A stretch of DNA of 64,000 nucleotides from Eimeria praecox. Lineage: Eukaryota. Below are positions 44,258 to 57,986 of the stretch, in pieces (positions within the stretch are counted from its first letter, which is position 1; every line of letters starts with the position of its first letter). The stretch covers positions 434,001 through 498,000 of the forward strand of contig OY986948.1 of the NCBI GenBank assembly GCA_963920595.1, given 5' to 3'. The position numbers and the translations under genes are program-made. The notes under the pieces are model-generated. The model made no database searches and was not told where the DNA came from. It saw only the letters and a program-made list of their open reading frames with translations.

Positions 44258-44408
44258 ATGATGATGATGATGGGCGTGCTGCTGCTCCTCCTCCCGTTCC
44301 TGCTGCTGTTGCTGCTGCTGTTGCTGCTGTTGCTGCTGCTGCTGTTGCTGCTGGTGGTAAGGGTGAGGGGGCCCCAGGGCCCCCACCTCCTGAGTTTGAT
44401 CGCCTCAT
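39313..44408 (-). CDS. Hypothetical protein with Pro/Gly-rich N-terminus and very Gln-rich C-terminus; internal exons unresolved
   Basis: Exon 1 (44408-43225) and exon 2 (43057-42625) join in phase (AAQEG-DAPKRQRPSRR). Non-repetitive coding blocks lie in the 39313-42078 ORF (DILSEDFLRFPPSNILP, IIWGSCGYTWG, ELYVHPNAAVASW, basic RRQLRKRKRRIRRQ). No family was recognised. Confidence 0.6.
43074..43219 (-). repeat. Telomere-like arrays (AAACCCT on +) in intron 1 of the hypothetical gene
   Basis: Two tandem AAACCCT blocks. Confidence 0.9.
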
Positions 44409-44422
44409 AGAGCGGTCCTAGC

Positions 44423-44454
<32 letters not shown>

Positions 44455-44777
44455 GTGCTGCTGCTGTTGCTGCTGTTGCTGCTGCTGCTGTTGCTGCTGT
44501 TGCTGCTGCTGCTGTTGCTGCTGCTGCTGTTACTGCTGCTGCTGTTGCTACTGCTGCTGTTGTTGCTGCTTCTGCAGCAGCAGCTTCTGTCTCGCGTCTC
44601 CTTGATTCGATATTATAAGTTAGGGGGCCCCCTCTATGTGTCTGTCTGCTGCTGGGGGGGGCCCCCCATATACCCTTAGATAACTCAGCTGTATGGGGGC
44701 CCCCGCTCTCGCCTCAACGTGTTGCTGTGTGTGTGTTTGTTGTTTTTCTGCTGCAATGTTTTGAAGCTGCTGCTGCT

Positions 44778-44808
<31 letters not shown>

Positions 44809-44841
44809 TTGTTGTTGTTGCTGCTGCTGCTGCTCTAGGCG

Positions 44842-44912
<71 letters not shown>

Positions 44913-45194
44913 TCTCTCAGCTTGCTGCTGTTTGAGGCGTCGAAAAGAAAGAGAGAGGAAGAGAGAAGAAGAAAGACAGAGAAAAAATTGTGGTTTTGTT
45001 GAGGGTTTAGGGTCTAGGGTTTAGGGTTTAGGGTCTAGGGTTTAGGGTTTAGGGTTTAGGGTTTAGGGCTGGTGTCGGGGGGGCCCTGCAGCTATGATAT
45101 GACCTCAGATAAATATTGTTTTTATTTTTGTTTGTTTTAAATTAATTAAAAAGAAAAAGAAAGAAGAATATATCGAGACAATATCCTGAAGAAG

Positions 45195-45303
<109 letters not shown>

Positions 45304-45483
45304 GGTGTGTCGGGGCTGCATACGATTTGTTTCTGTGTGTATAGAAGACACATTATACTTATTCTCTTTATATTTTAGGGTTTAGGGTTTAGGGTTTAGG
45401 GTTTAGGGTTTAGGGTTTAGGGTTTAGGGTTTAGGGTTTAGGGTTTTTTTTATTTATATTCTCCAAAGTATGCTGCGATGTAG

Positions 45484-45609
45484 AAGCAGCAACAATACAC
45501 AGCTCTCCCGCTTCTGCTGCTGCTGCTGCTGCTGCAGCAGCAGCTGCTGCTGCTGCTGCTGCAGCAGCAGGAACCTCAACCTCCTCCTACTCATCATCAT
45601 AATCAACAC

Positions 45610-45665
<56 letters not shown>

Positions 45666-45929
45666 GCAGCAGTATTGCTGTGTGTGTCCCTCCTCCATAC
45701 AAATTTAATTAAATATATTTATTTGTTTATTTATTATAAATAAATATTTCGTTGTTAATCGATGAAGAAATAAATAATATTATTATTAATTTTATTTCAA
45801 ATAAATAAAATTAAATTAAATTTGTTTATTAATTTAAATATTTTATTAATTATATTAATTATAAAAAAACAAAAAAAAATATGAGGGGGAGGGAGGGGGG
45901 CAGACAAGGAGAGCTGCGTCCTCTGTCTT

Positions 45930-46019
<90 letters not shown>

Positions 46020-46110
46020 GCAGCAACACCATCTGCTGCTGCAGGAGTGGAAGCAGAGAAGAGAGTTAACAGCCCCTCCTGCTTCTTCTCTTCTTCTGCT
46101 TCTGCTGCTG

Positions 46111-46142
<32 letters not shown>

Positions 46143-46167
46143 GCAGCAACAGCAGCAACAGCAGCAG

Positions 46168-46231
<64 letters not shown>

Positions 46232-46553
46232 TTTGGCTGCTGCGTGATCTGAAGAGGAGGAGGAAGTTAAGTAGGAAGGCGAAGGCCGAGTTAAGACAAA
46301 CAAGAAAATACAAATCTATAAATGTATATAACAATATTAATTAATTAATTAATTAATTAATTAATTAATTAATTAATTAATTAATTAGGGTCTAGGGTTT
46401 CTTAGGGTTTAGGGTTCAGAATTTTCTAGGGTTTAGGGTTTAGGTTTAAATTTCCTAAGGTTTAGGGTTTAGGGTCTTCTAGGGTTTAGGGTTTAGGGTT
46501 TAGGGTTTAGGGTGTAGGGTTTTGTGTGTTTACAGAAAAAAATTTCTATCTGA
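45484..46553 (+). CDS. Possible multi-exon gene for a Gln-rich protein with a short, strongly basic C-terminus; start not identified
   Basis: An open frame at 45904-46323 ends ...QVWLLRDLKRRRKLSRKAKAELRQTRKYKSIN at a GT donor. It can splice to the acceptor tttacag at 46535 to add KKISI*. A candidate upstream exon begins at 45484. Confidence 0.35.
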
Positions 46554-46587
46554 ACGACGAAGAGCAACATGGTTTCTAGCAGAAGAC

Positions 46588-46868
46588 CAGGGGGGCCCCC
46601 AGGGGGGCCCCCAGGGTTACCAGGGGGGCCCCTAAGAGGGCCCTTAGGGGGGCCCCCAAGAGGGCCCCTAGGGGGGCCCCCAAGAGGGCCCCTAAGTAAT
46701 CCTGGGGGCCCCTAGGGGGGCCCCCAGGATTACCAGGGGGGCCCTCAAGAGGGCCCCTAGGGGACCAAGGGGGCCCCCAATGGGGCCGCCAGGACTTGTA
46801 GGGGGGCCCCCAGGGGGGCCCTTCAGGGGGCCCCCCGGGGGCCCTTCAGGGGGGGGCCCCTGAAGGGG
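46588..46868. repeat. Cluster of GGGGGCCCCC-type palindromic motifs
   Basis: More than a dozen G(n)C(n) units separated by short spacers such as aaga, ta and aggattacca. Confidence 0.85.
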
Positions 46869-46987
46869 GTTTAGGGTTTTAGGGTTTTTTAGAGATAGTG
46901 ATAATAAGAATTTTTATTGTTTGAAGGATTTAGAGTTTTTGATTTGTGTTGGAAGAGAGGGAAGAGAGAGGGGAGGTGTATATGTAC

Positions 46988-47038
<51 letters not shown>

Positions 47039-47241
47039 ATGCATATATATAAGTATATATAGCTATAGATATATACAGATATAGATAGATAGACAAATAG
47101 ATAGAGGTAGATAGATAGAACGATAGAAAGGTAGAGAGAGATAGATACATCTAGTCTGTATACTTAACTATCTTTCTTTGTGTGTCTACTCCTAAATAAA
47201 TAAATAAATAAATAAATGAGTTTATTATATATTTATTTATC

Positions 47242-47295
<54 letters not shown>

Positions 47296-47350
47296 ACTAT
47301 CTTTATCTGTCCACTGCTAAGATAAATAAATAAATAAATAAACAAACAAA

Positions 47351-47385
<35 letters not shown>

Positions 47386-47495
47386 ATACATATAGAGTTT
47401 ATTATATATATTTATTTGTCTTTGTGTGCAAAGCTGTCTCTCCGTCGCAGCAGAATCAACAAAGAAAATAAAAGATAAACCCTCTGTATATTTCG

Positions 47496-47882
47496 AGGGT
47501 TTAGGGTTTAGGGTTTAGGGTTTAGGGTTTAGGGTTTAGGGTTTGAGGCTGTTGAGGGTTTAGGATCCGTGAAGGAGCAGCGAAGGCCTTCGTTGGCTCG
47601 TCTGTCTCCATCAGCTTAAGGATTTAGGGTTTATGAGGGTTTAGGGTTTAGGGTTTATGAGGGTTTAGGGGTTAGGGTTTATGAGGGTTTAGGGTTTAGG
47701 GTTTATGAGGGTTTAGGGTTTAGGGTTTATGAGGGTTTAGGGTTTACGAGGGTTTACGAGGGTTTAGGGTTTAAAGTTAAGGAAGACCTCCTTACACTTG
47801 AGAAGGGTTTAGGGTTTAGGGTTTTCTAGGGTTTAGGGTTTTCTAGGGTTTAGGGTTTTCTAGGGTTTAGGGTTTAGGGTTT
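47496..47882 (+). repeat. Telomere-like array with variant units (TTTAGGG, TTTATGAGGG, TTTTCTAGGG)
   Basis: Tandem canonical and variant units downstream of the ATG7 stop. Confidence 0.85.
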
Positions 47883-48036
47883 ACTCTCTCCCCCCCCCCT
47901 CCCCCTGCCTTCCACTCTGTTTATTTAGTTTAATATAATAATAATTATTATATTAAACTCCCAAACAAACAAACAAACAAACAAACAAACAAGCAATAAA
48001 TATAAATAAATAAACATAAATGAATATAAATAACTA

Positions 48037-48068
<32 letters not shown>

Positions 48069-48074
48069 ATAATA

Positions 48075-48336
48075 TTATATTTCCTCCGAATCGGATAAAC
48101 TAATAACTTCATCTTCTCTCATTAATATTTTCTGTTTGAACGCATGCAGCCCCGAGTATTTTTCGAGACAATCTCCTGACTGTACTGCCTCTCGAATAAA
48201 TTTATTCCTTTTCTTCTTATATTCGGATAGAACACCGAAAGAGCAACAAGAACAACACACACTCTGAGCCTGCTGCTCTTTTATTATACTGAAGTCTAAA
48301 TACACACACACACACACACGCACATATATATATAGT

Positions 48337-48372
<36 letters not shown>

Positions 48373-48446
48373 CATATATATATATGTAGATATCTATCTA
48401 TCTATCTATCTATCCATATATATAGATAGATATAGATATATCTATA

Positions 48447-48482
<36 letters not shown>

Positions 48483-48679
48483 GATATAGATATAGATATA
48501 GATATAGATATAGATATAGATATAGATATAGATATAGATATAGATATATAGATATAGATATAGATATAGATATATAGATATAGATATATAGATGCAGATA
48601 TATATAGATATATGTGTATAGTTATTAATTAATTAAGTAATAATATGCATCTATCTATCTATCTGTCTATCTATCTATC

Positions 48680-48721
<42 letters not shown>

Positions 48722-48884
48722 TAAATATAGATATAGATATAGATATATAGGCATATAGATATATAGATATATAGATATGGATATAGATATAGATATATAG
48801 ATATAGATATATAGATATAGATATATAGATATAGATATATAGATATATCTATATAGATATCTATATAGATATACAGATATACAG

Positions 48885-48923
<39 letters not shown>

Positions 48924-49658
48924 GAGAGAGAGAGAGAGATAGATAGATAGATAGATAGATAGATATGGATATAGATATATGTACTATTATTAATTTTTAT
49001 CTATCTTTTTGTTTATTTTGTTTTTATTAGTTTTATTTTTTATTTATATGTGTATTTCGTTTTATACACTCGAGATTATATTATATAAGTGTTTATATTA
49101 TATAGAAATAAAATATTAATATAAACAAGATAAATATAAATAAACAACAAAAGATATATTATTATATTATATATATATAAGATATATTATATATGGTTCA
49201 GTGTTTATTTGTATTTATTTTGTGTTTATTTCAATATTTTATTTTTTATTATAATATTTACCTATGCATTCCACTATTTTGTTTATTCTAATCTTTTATT
49301 GCTTATTTTACTATTTAGTTATTTATTCTACATCAATTAATTAATTAATTAATTAAACACTCAGACACAGCAAGTGCAACAGCAGCAGCAAGTGCGGCAG
49401 CAGCAGCAGCAGCAAGTGCAGCAGCAGCAGCAGCAAGTGCAGCAGCAGCAGCAGCAGCAAGTGTAGCAGCAGCAGCAGCAAGTGCAGCAGCAGCAAGTGC
49501 AGCAGCAAGTGCAGCAGCAGCAGCAAGTGCAACAGCAGCAGCAAGTGCAGCAGCAGCATCAAGTGCAGCAGCAGCAGCAGCAGCAGCAAATTATTTCTGA
49601 CCAGCGAAGTTGGCTCTGATGATATGTGGCGTAGCTCCAAGACAAGAGAATCCCGGGG

Positions 49659-49691
<33 letters not shown>

Positions 49692-49728
49692 TCTCATTAG
49701 CAGCATCAACATTAGAATTATTAACACT

Positions 49729-49762
<34 letters not shown>

Positions 49763-49911
49763 CTGCCAGCAGCTAGCGGGTCTGTGTCTGTGTGGGGCGC
49801 CGCAAAGCCTTGAGGATGTTGAGATAGAGCAGCAAGAAGCTCAACAGCAAGAGAACAAGCCAACGCCCCTACCCCTGGTCTTGTTACTGTACACTGTTCA
49901 TCAAGGGTCCT

Positions 49912-49948
<37 letters not shown>

Positions 49949-52390
49949 CAGCAGTAGTAGTAGTAGTAGTAGGAGGAGGAGGAGGAGCAGCAGCAGCAAC
50001 AGCAAGGGCGGCAGCAGCAGAAAAAACCGTGAAGAAAGATGTGGGGTTCATGACAATGCAGCAGCAGCAGCAGCAACTGCTGCTGCTGCTGCTGCTGCTG
50101 CTGCAGCTGCTGCTGCGGTAGAGCAACATGTGGAAGAGCAGCAGCAGCAGCAGCAGCAAATAGAGGAAGACAAGAAGCAAACAACAAGTGAAGAAGATAC
50201 AAAAAAGTAGTAAAAACAATAATAACAACAATAAACCCTAAACCCTAAACCCTAAACCCTAAAACCCTAAACCCTAAACAACAATAATACAAATAATAAC
50301 AATAACAATACAAATAACAACAATAACAACAAAGACAACAGAGACACGAGTAAGAAAAACAAAACTAATAAATAAAAATAAAATAAAACAAATAAAAATA
50401 AAATAAAAATAAGAATAAAATAAAATAAAGACAGAGCAAAACAAGTGGAAACATAAAAATAAACAAATAAAAAAAATTAAAATAAAATAAAATAAAATAA
50501 AATAAAATAAAATAAAATAAAAACAAATAAAAATAAAATAGAAGAACAAATAAAACACAACTCTTCGACAAAACAAAACAAATAAAATAAACTGAAGCTA
50601 AAACAAACAATAAAACAATTACAAAATAAAACAAAACTAAAACAAACAACAAAACAAATATAAAATAAAATAAAATAAATAAAATAAAATCGAATAGAAT
50701 AAAATAAAATAAAAAATAAAATAAAATAAAACAAAATAAAATAAAATAAAATCAACTAGGTGGAATCGAACCTGTGCGAGATAGAGTCTGTGGGGTCATT
50801 AACAGCAACAACAGCAAACTAAAACTAAAACAAATAACAAAAGCAATATAAAACAAAATAAAACAAAACAAAACAAAACAAAATAAAACAAAACAAAACA
50901 AAATTAAATTAAACTAAACTAAATTAAATTAAATTAAATTAAACTAAATTAAATTAAATTAAATTAAATTAAATAAAATTAAATAGGTGGAATCGAACCT
51001 GTGCGAGATGGAGTCTGTGGGTCCATTAACAGCGTGACAGAAGTAACAGCCTAATTTGTTACCCCCCGCCCCATGTCGCATAACTAAGAGCGAATCAAAT
51101 CCTAAAGCAACAGTTAAAGCTAAAGGAGACGATAGACGCCCTCTTCTTCCTTCTTCTTGTCTATTGAAACATAAAAAACAAATAAAATATTTATTTAATT
51201 TTTATTTAATATTTATTTAATATAAATTAAATACAAATAAAATTAAAAAATAATTAAAAAATAATTAAAAAAGAAAAAAAAGGAAAAATAATAATAAAAC
51301 AAATTGCAAGGAGGCTATAAACAAATATTTAAATATAAATTATTAATATAAATCTACTTAAATATAAATTATAAATATAAATATATATAAATATAGATTA
51401 TTAATTGTAAAATATATATTATATTTTATATATTATAAAGACGAAGACAAACATAAAAATACATGCATATAAATATAAATTAAGAATGTAGACAAAATAT
51501 AGATATAAATATAAAATATAAAATATTAATATTAATATTAATATTAATATTAATATTAATATTAATATTAATATTAATATTAATATTAATATTAATATTA
51601 ATATTAATATTAATATTAATATTAATATTAATATTAATATTAATATTAATATTAATATTAATATTAATTAATTAGTAATATAAACATAAATCATAGCATA
51701 AACAACCATACAAGCATAAGAAATAAATAGTATATACACTATAAATATAAATAATAAAAAAATAAAAAAAAAATATATATAAGTACAGAGAGCAATATAA
51801 ATATATAAAGCAATAATAAAATAAATATAAATTAATTAAATAAATACAACATACAAATAAATAAATAAATACACAAACAAACATACAAATAAACTAAATA
51901 AAACAAATAAAACAAACTAAAACAAGCAAAATACATAAATAAATTAAATAAACAAATAAAATAAACTAACACAAACTAAGACAAAATAAACCAAACTAAA
52001 ATAAATAAGAATAAAATAAATAAAATAAATAAAATAAATAAAATAAATAAAATAAATAAATAAAATAAACAAAATAAACAAAACAAAACAAAAGTAAATA
52101 AGACTAAACAAAACTAAAAATACTATAAACTAAACAACCAAATAAAAACAAGTAAAGTAAATAAAACAAAACAAATTAAATTAAATTAAATTAAATTAAA
52201 TTAAATTAAATTAAATTAAATTAAATTAAATAATAAACCTGTGAGCAACAAGAAGAGACGGAAGCCATCGCGACTCTCTGCTGTCAGTAAGAAGTAATAC
52301 AACATCATGATTTGATATTAGTTCTTCTAATATATTTGTGTTCTTCTCTAATAATCCATCAGATAAATAGCGAGGATGTCCTGAGATTAA

Positions 52391-52446
<56 letters not shown>

Positions 52447-52915
52447 ATATTTATTTATTTATTTATCTATTTATTTATTTATTTGTTATGTAGTTAATTT
52501 GTTATTACGTAATAATAATCCCTCATATAAATAATAGCGAGTATATACTAATACAAACAAATTAACTAATTAATTAAATTAAATTAGATTAAATTAAATT
52601 AAATTAAATTAGATTAAATTAAATTAAATAAATAAAATAAATAATAAATATTATTCCTACCCGGCATAGGTATATCGAGGACGACAGCACTACACTCCAT
52701 CGTCGGCCTCACAGCTAATATCCCGTCTCTCGCTGCTTCTGCTTTGAGTCGACCTAAGCCCCCCTGTATAAACAAATATATTTATTTTAGTGTTTTTATT
52801 ATTGTTTTATTATTATTATTGTTATTGTTGTTGTTGTTGTTTTATTATTATTATTATTATTATTGTTGTTGGTGTTGTTGTTGTTGTTGTTGTTGTTGTT
52901 TTATTATTATTAGTG

Positions 52916-52949
<34 letters not shown>

Positions 52950-52988
52950 GTTGTTGTTGTTGTTGTTGTTGTTTTATTATTATTAGTG

Positions 52989-53025
<37 letters not shown>

Positions 53026-55896
53026 GTTGTTGTTGTTGTTGTTGTTGTTTTATTATTATTGTTTTATTATTATTATTGTTTTATTTTTATTAGTGTTTTA
53101 TTATTATTATTGTTTTATTATTATTATATTGCTGTTGTTATTGCGTAGTAGTAGTAGTAGTAGTAGTTGTTGTTGTTGTTGTTGTTGTTGTTTTGCTGCT
53201 TTTGTTTAGTGCTTTTTATTTTATATTTTAATTTTGTAAGGATTTTATTATTATTATTATTATTGTTAATAATAATAATATTATTATTAATATTATTAAT
53301 TATTTTATGTTTTATAATTATTATTATATAATTAAAATAAATTATATATAAAGATAATTATTATTATAATTATACGATAATTATAATAATTATTTTATTA
53401 TTATATAATTATAATATTTATAATTATTTAAACATACACATGTAATTTAATATTTTAATCTTAGTTTGTTTGTTGTGATAAAGTTTAGTTTATCTTGTAA
53501 TTACTAATAATTTAGTTATTAACATAATTATAAATATATATATAATTTATACTATTATATATAATTTATACTATCATATCTATCTATCTATCTATATATA
53601 TATATATATATATAGATAGATAGATAGATATAGATATAGATATAGATATAGATATAGATATAGATATAGATATATATAGATATAGATAGATATAGATATA
53701 GATATTCATATATTAATATTGTAGTTAATATAATATAATAAAATGTTAATAAGGGAGAACTCAATACATAAGAATTTAATAAACAACATAATAAGAATAA
53801 ACAACAATAATAATAAAATATAATAATAAACAATAATATAAATAATAATAAACAATAATATTAATAATAATAAACAATAATATAAATAATAATAAACAAC
53901 AATAGAAACAATAATAATTATTATTATTATAAACAAAGATAATAATCATAATAAACAACAATAAACAAAAGTAAACCCTAGCAACAATAAACCCTAATAA
54001 ACCCTAATAAACCCTAATAAACCCTAACAAATAAACCCTAACAAATAAACCCTAATAAACCCTAAATATAAAAAGCTAGGTGTGGTACTGACGCAAGTAT
54101 ATGTAGCAACCAAACCTCTAGGGTTTAGGGTTTTGGGTTTAGGGTTTAGGGTTTAGGGTTTAGGGTTTAGGGTTTAGGGTTTAGGGTTTTTGATAGATAC
54201 ATCAGCAGCAGCATCTTGATGAGTAAACAAACTCTGTCTCGAAGGATTGTTTAAAGCTACTCTCCCCCCATCAACAAACGTTATAGCCCTGAGAGTACAA
54301 ACATAATTATTAGGGTTTAGGGTTTAGGGTTTAGGGTTTAGGGTTTAGAATTAGTATTAGGGTTTAGGATTAGTATTAGGGTTTATGAGGTCTTTCTAGG
54401 GTCTCCTCGTCTCGTTTTTATTTTCTTTTTTTAGGGTTTAGGGTTTAGGGTTTAGGGTTTCGGGTGTGTTAGGGTTTAGGGTTTAGGGTTTAGGGTTTAG
54501 ACTTAGTATTATTGTTAGCTAGGGTTTAGGGTTTAGGGTTTATACCTAACACCCCATGACGCCAACAACCTCGCAATCCCGCAGCCCAACGTCCCCGCCC
54601 CAATTGCAAGAACCCTCAAAGACTGAAGCGCCTCGGGCATAAACGAGGGTAAAACCCTCCACCTATACACAAACCCTAAACCCTAAACCCTAAACCCTAA
54701 ACCCTAAACCCTAAACCCTAAACCCTAGACCCTAAGACAGAAGACACACGTGGCATCCTCTCCCCCCCCCTCCCCCTCAGTTTTGTGTCTTGAGAATTCC
54801 CTACAAAACCCTAAACCCTCAAACAATTCATAAACCCTAAACCCTAAACCCTAAACCCTAGTATGATAAACCCTCGTAAACCCTAAACCCTAGGCCCACA
54901 CCCCAAGACCCTAAACCCTAAGAGAAAACCCCAACAAACCCTAATAAACCCTAATAGATAATCTTAATAAACCCTAATACACCCTAATCTAAACCCTAAT
55001 CTAAACCCTAATAAACCCTAATCTAGACCCTAATAAACCCTAATCTAAAACCCTACCCTAAACCCTACCCTAAACCCTACCCTAAACCCTAATCTAAACC
55101 CTAATCTAAACCCTACTAGTAAGTATGAGTATTTAATTTTCTTCTTTCTCGCATTATAAACCCTAACTCTCTCCTCTACCTAGTCTGTTCTTCCTTTATA
55201 AACCCTATCACCATATCCTTTCTAAACCCTAGCAATTAATATTATTAATATTATTAATATTAATTATTAATATTAATATTAATATTCATATTCATATTCA
55301 TATTAATACTCATATTGATATTGATATTGATATTAATATTAATATTAATATTAATATTAATATTAATTATTAATATTAATATTAATATTAATATTAATAT
55401 TAATATTAATATTAATATTAATATTAATATTAATATTAATATTAATTATTTTTATTTAATTTATTATATTATTATATATTATTATAATATATAATATATA
55501 TATTAATATAGTATTAATATTATTCATATTAATACTCATATTGATATTGATATTGATATTAATATTAATATTAATATTAATATTAATATTAATATTAATA
55601 TTAATATTAATATCAATATTAATATCAATATCAATATTAATATTAATATTAATATTGATATTAATATTAATATTACTATTACTATTATAAATATTATTGC
55701 TATTACTATTCCTATCGTACCTGATGAGCTGTATGTTGAGATCTTCTGCTTCTTTCTGCATGGTCCTTGGATCGAGGAATCGACTTAACTCCACGTTAAA
55801 ATATAAACTTCTTCTTCTTTGCTTTTCTCCGGTTGTTATTATACGTCTTATACGACCTACTACCATTGAAGCACGCTTCATACCACTTGCTGCTGC

Positions 55897-55928
<32 letters not shown>

Positions 55929-56070
55929 GTGATGCTGCTGCTGTTGCTGTTGGTGCTGCTGGTGCTGCTGCTGGTGTTGCTGCTGTTGCTGTTGGTGGTG
56001 CTGCTGCTGGTGCTGCTGTTGGTGCTGCTGATGGTGTGGGGTCTTTATCAGCTGCTTCTGTTGCTGTTGT

Positions 56071-56129
<59 letters not shown>

Positions 56130-56411
56130 TAGGTGCAGGAGAGTACGCTCCTACAAGCTCAGCAGCAGCAGGCAGTCTAACTACGAAGACCCTAGAGAGA
56201 GGTTGAACGATCTGCCCCCATGCTGCTGCTGCTGCTGCTGCTGTTGCTGCTGCTCGTCTCTCTGCTGCTGCTGCTGCTGCTGCTAGTGCTGCTGCTCTGC
56301 TACCTGCTGCTGCTGCTCCTGCTGCTAGTGCTTCTGCTGCTTCTTCTGTTGGACAAAAAAGAGCATTATTATGAGCAACAAGAGCATCATCAGCAGCAGC
56401 AGCAGCAGCCT

Positions 56412-56444
<33 letters not shown>

Positions 56445-56639
56445 CAGCAGCAGCTTCAGCAGCAGCAGCAGCAGCAGCAGCACTCTCAACCCTCAGATCT
56501 ATCAGCCAATCTCTAAACGACAATATCTTTAATTGCTTTTCGTATACATCAAATCCCTCGCTAAGGGCGGGAAGCAGAGGACGAAGAGGCCAACCTAACG
56601 CATTAGGGTTAGAGGACGGATCCATCACACACAAATACA

Positions 56640-56700
<61 letters not shown>

Positions 56701-56825
56701 ATGGTGTTGCTGCTGCTGCTGCTGATGGTGTTGGTGCTGTTGTTGTGATGCTGAGGGTAGAAGGTGTTTTAGATGTTCTAGGGCCTCTAATGGCAGCAGC
56801 TGCAGCGAATTGGCTTCAGAGACAC

Positions 56826-56898
<73 letters not shown>

Positions 56899-57005
56899 TC
56901 TAAGGACCAAGAAACAGCCCCCAGCAAGGAAGGGGGATGTGTTGCTGTCAAGAGAACGAATCTTGCTTGAAATGACAGACAACTCTGCAGCAGTAAACTC
57001 TTCCC

Positions 57006-57090
<85 letters not shown>

Positions 57091-57546
57091 TTGCTTCAGT
57101 TTTCGTTTATTATTTGGTGTGGGTTCGAGGTCAGCAACAAGCTGTCTGAGGGTAACAGCAGCAGCAGCAGCAGCAGGCTGCTGCAGCTGCTGCAGATCCG
57201 CAGCAGGTCGCACAACAGGTGTACATACACTGTAAACTGCTGTCTGCGTCTTCAAATCAATAAATGATTCTAACACAAACCGACAAGGCCAAGCTGTTGC
57301 TGGGAGCTGTCCATACACTGCGCGACAAGCACACGCTTCTTCTTCTTCTCCTGCTGCTGCTCCTGCTGCTCCTGCTGCTGCTGCTGCTGGTGTTGCTGCT
57401 GCTGCTGCTGTGGATGCTGCTGCTGTTGTTGCTGCTGCTGTTGTTGCTGCTGCTGTTTCTGAGAAGGAAGAGGAAGAGGAGGAGAGCGGTGACGAGGCTC
57501 CCCTTGATTCTGATTCTGCTGCGGTTGCTGCTGCTGCTGCTGCTGT

Positions 57547-57595
<49 letters not shown>

Positions 57596-57675
57596 TCTGT
57601 TGCTGTTTGTCTGCTTTCAGGAGATGAGTCGAAGGCTTCAGAAACGGATGGTGAGGAGGAAGCTTCCCAGCTGTC

Positions 57676-57706
<31 letters not shown>

Positions 57707-57769
57707 AGATCGCGGCAGCGAAGACGCAGACCCCACAAGTCAGGGTCTTTGACGGGTAGACGCATAACT

Positions 57770-57801
<32 letters not shown>

Positions 57802-57864
57802 TTGCTGCTGCTGCTGTTGCTGCTGCTGCAGGTTTCGAAGGTGTTTAGGTGTGTTCTTACGACA

Positions 57865-57899
<35 letters not shown>

Positions 57900-57944
57900 A
57901 GGTGCTGCAGGTGCTGCTACTGTTTGTATTACTGCAGCAGCACG

Positions 57945-57986
<42 letters not shown>

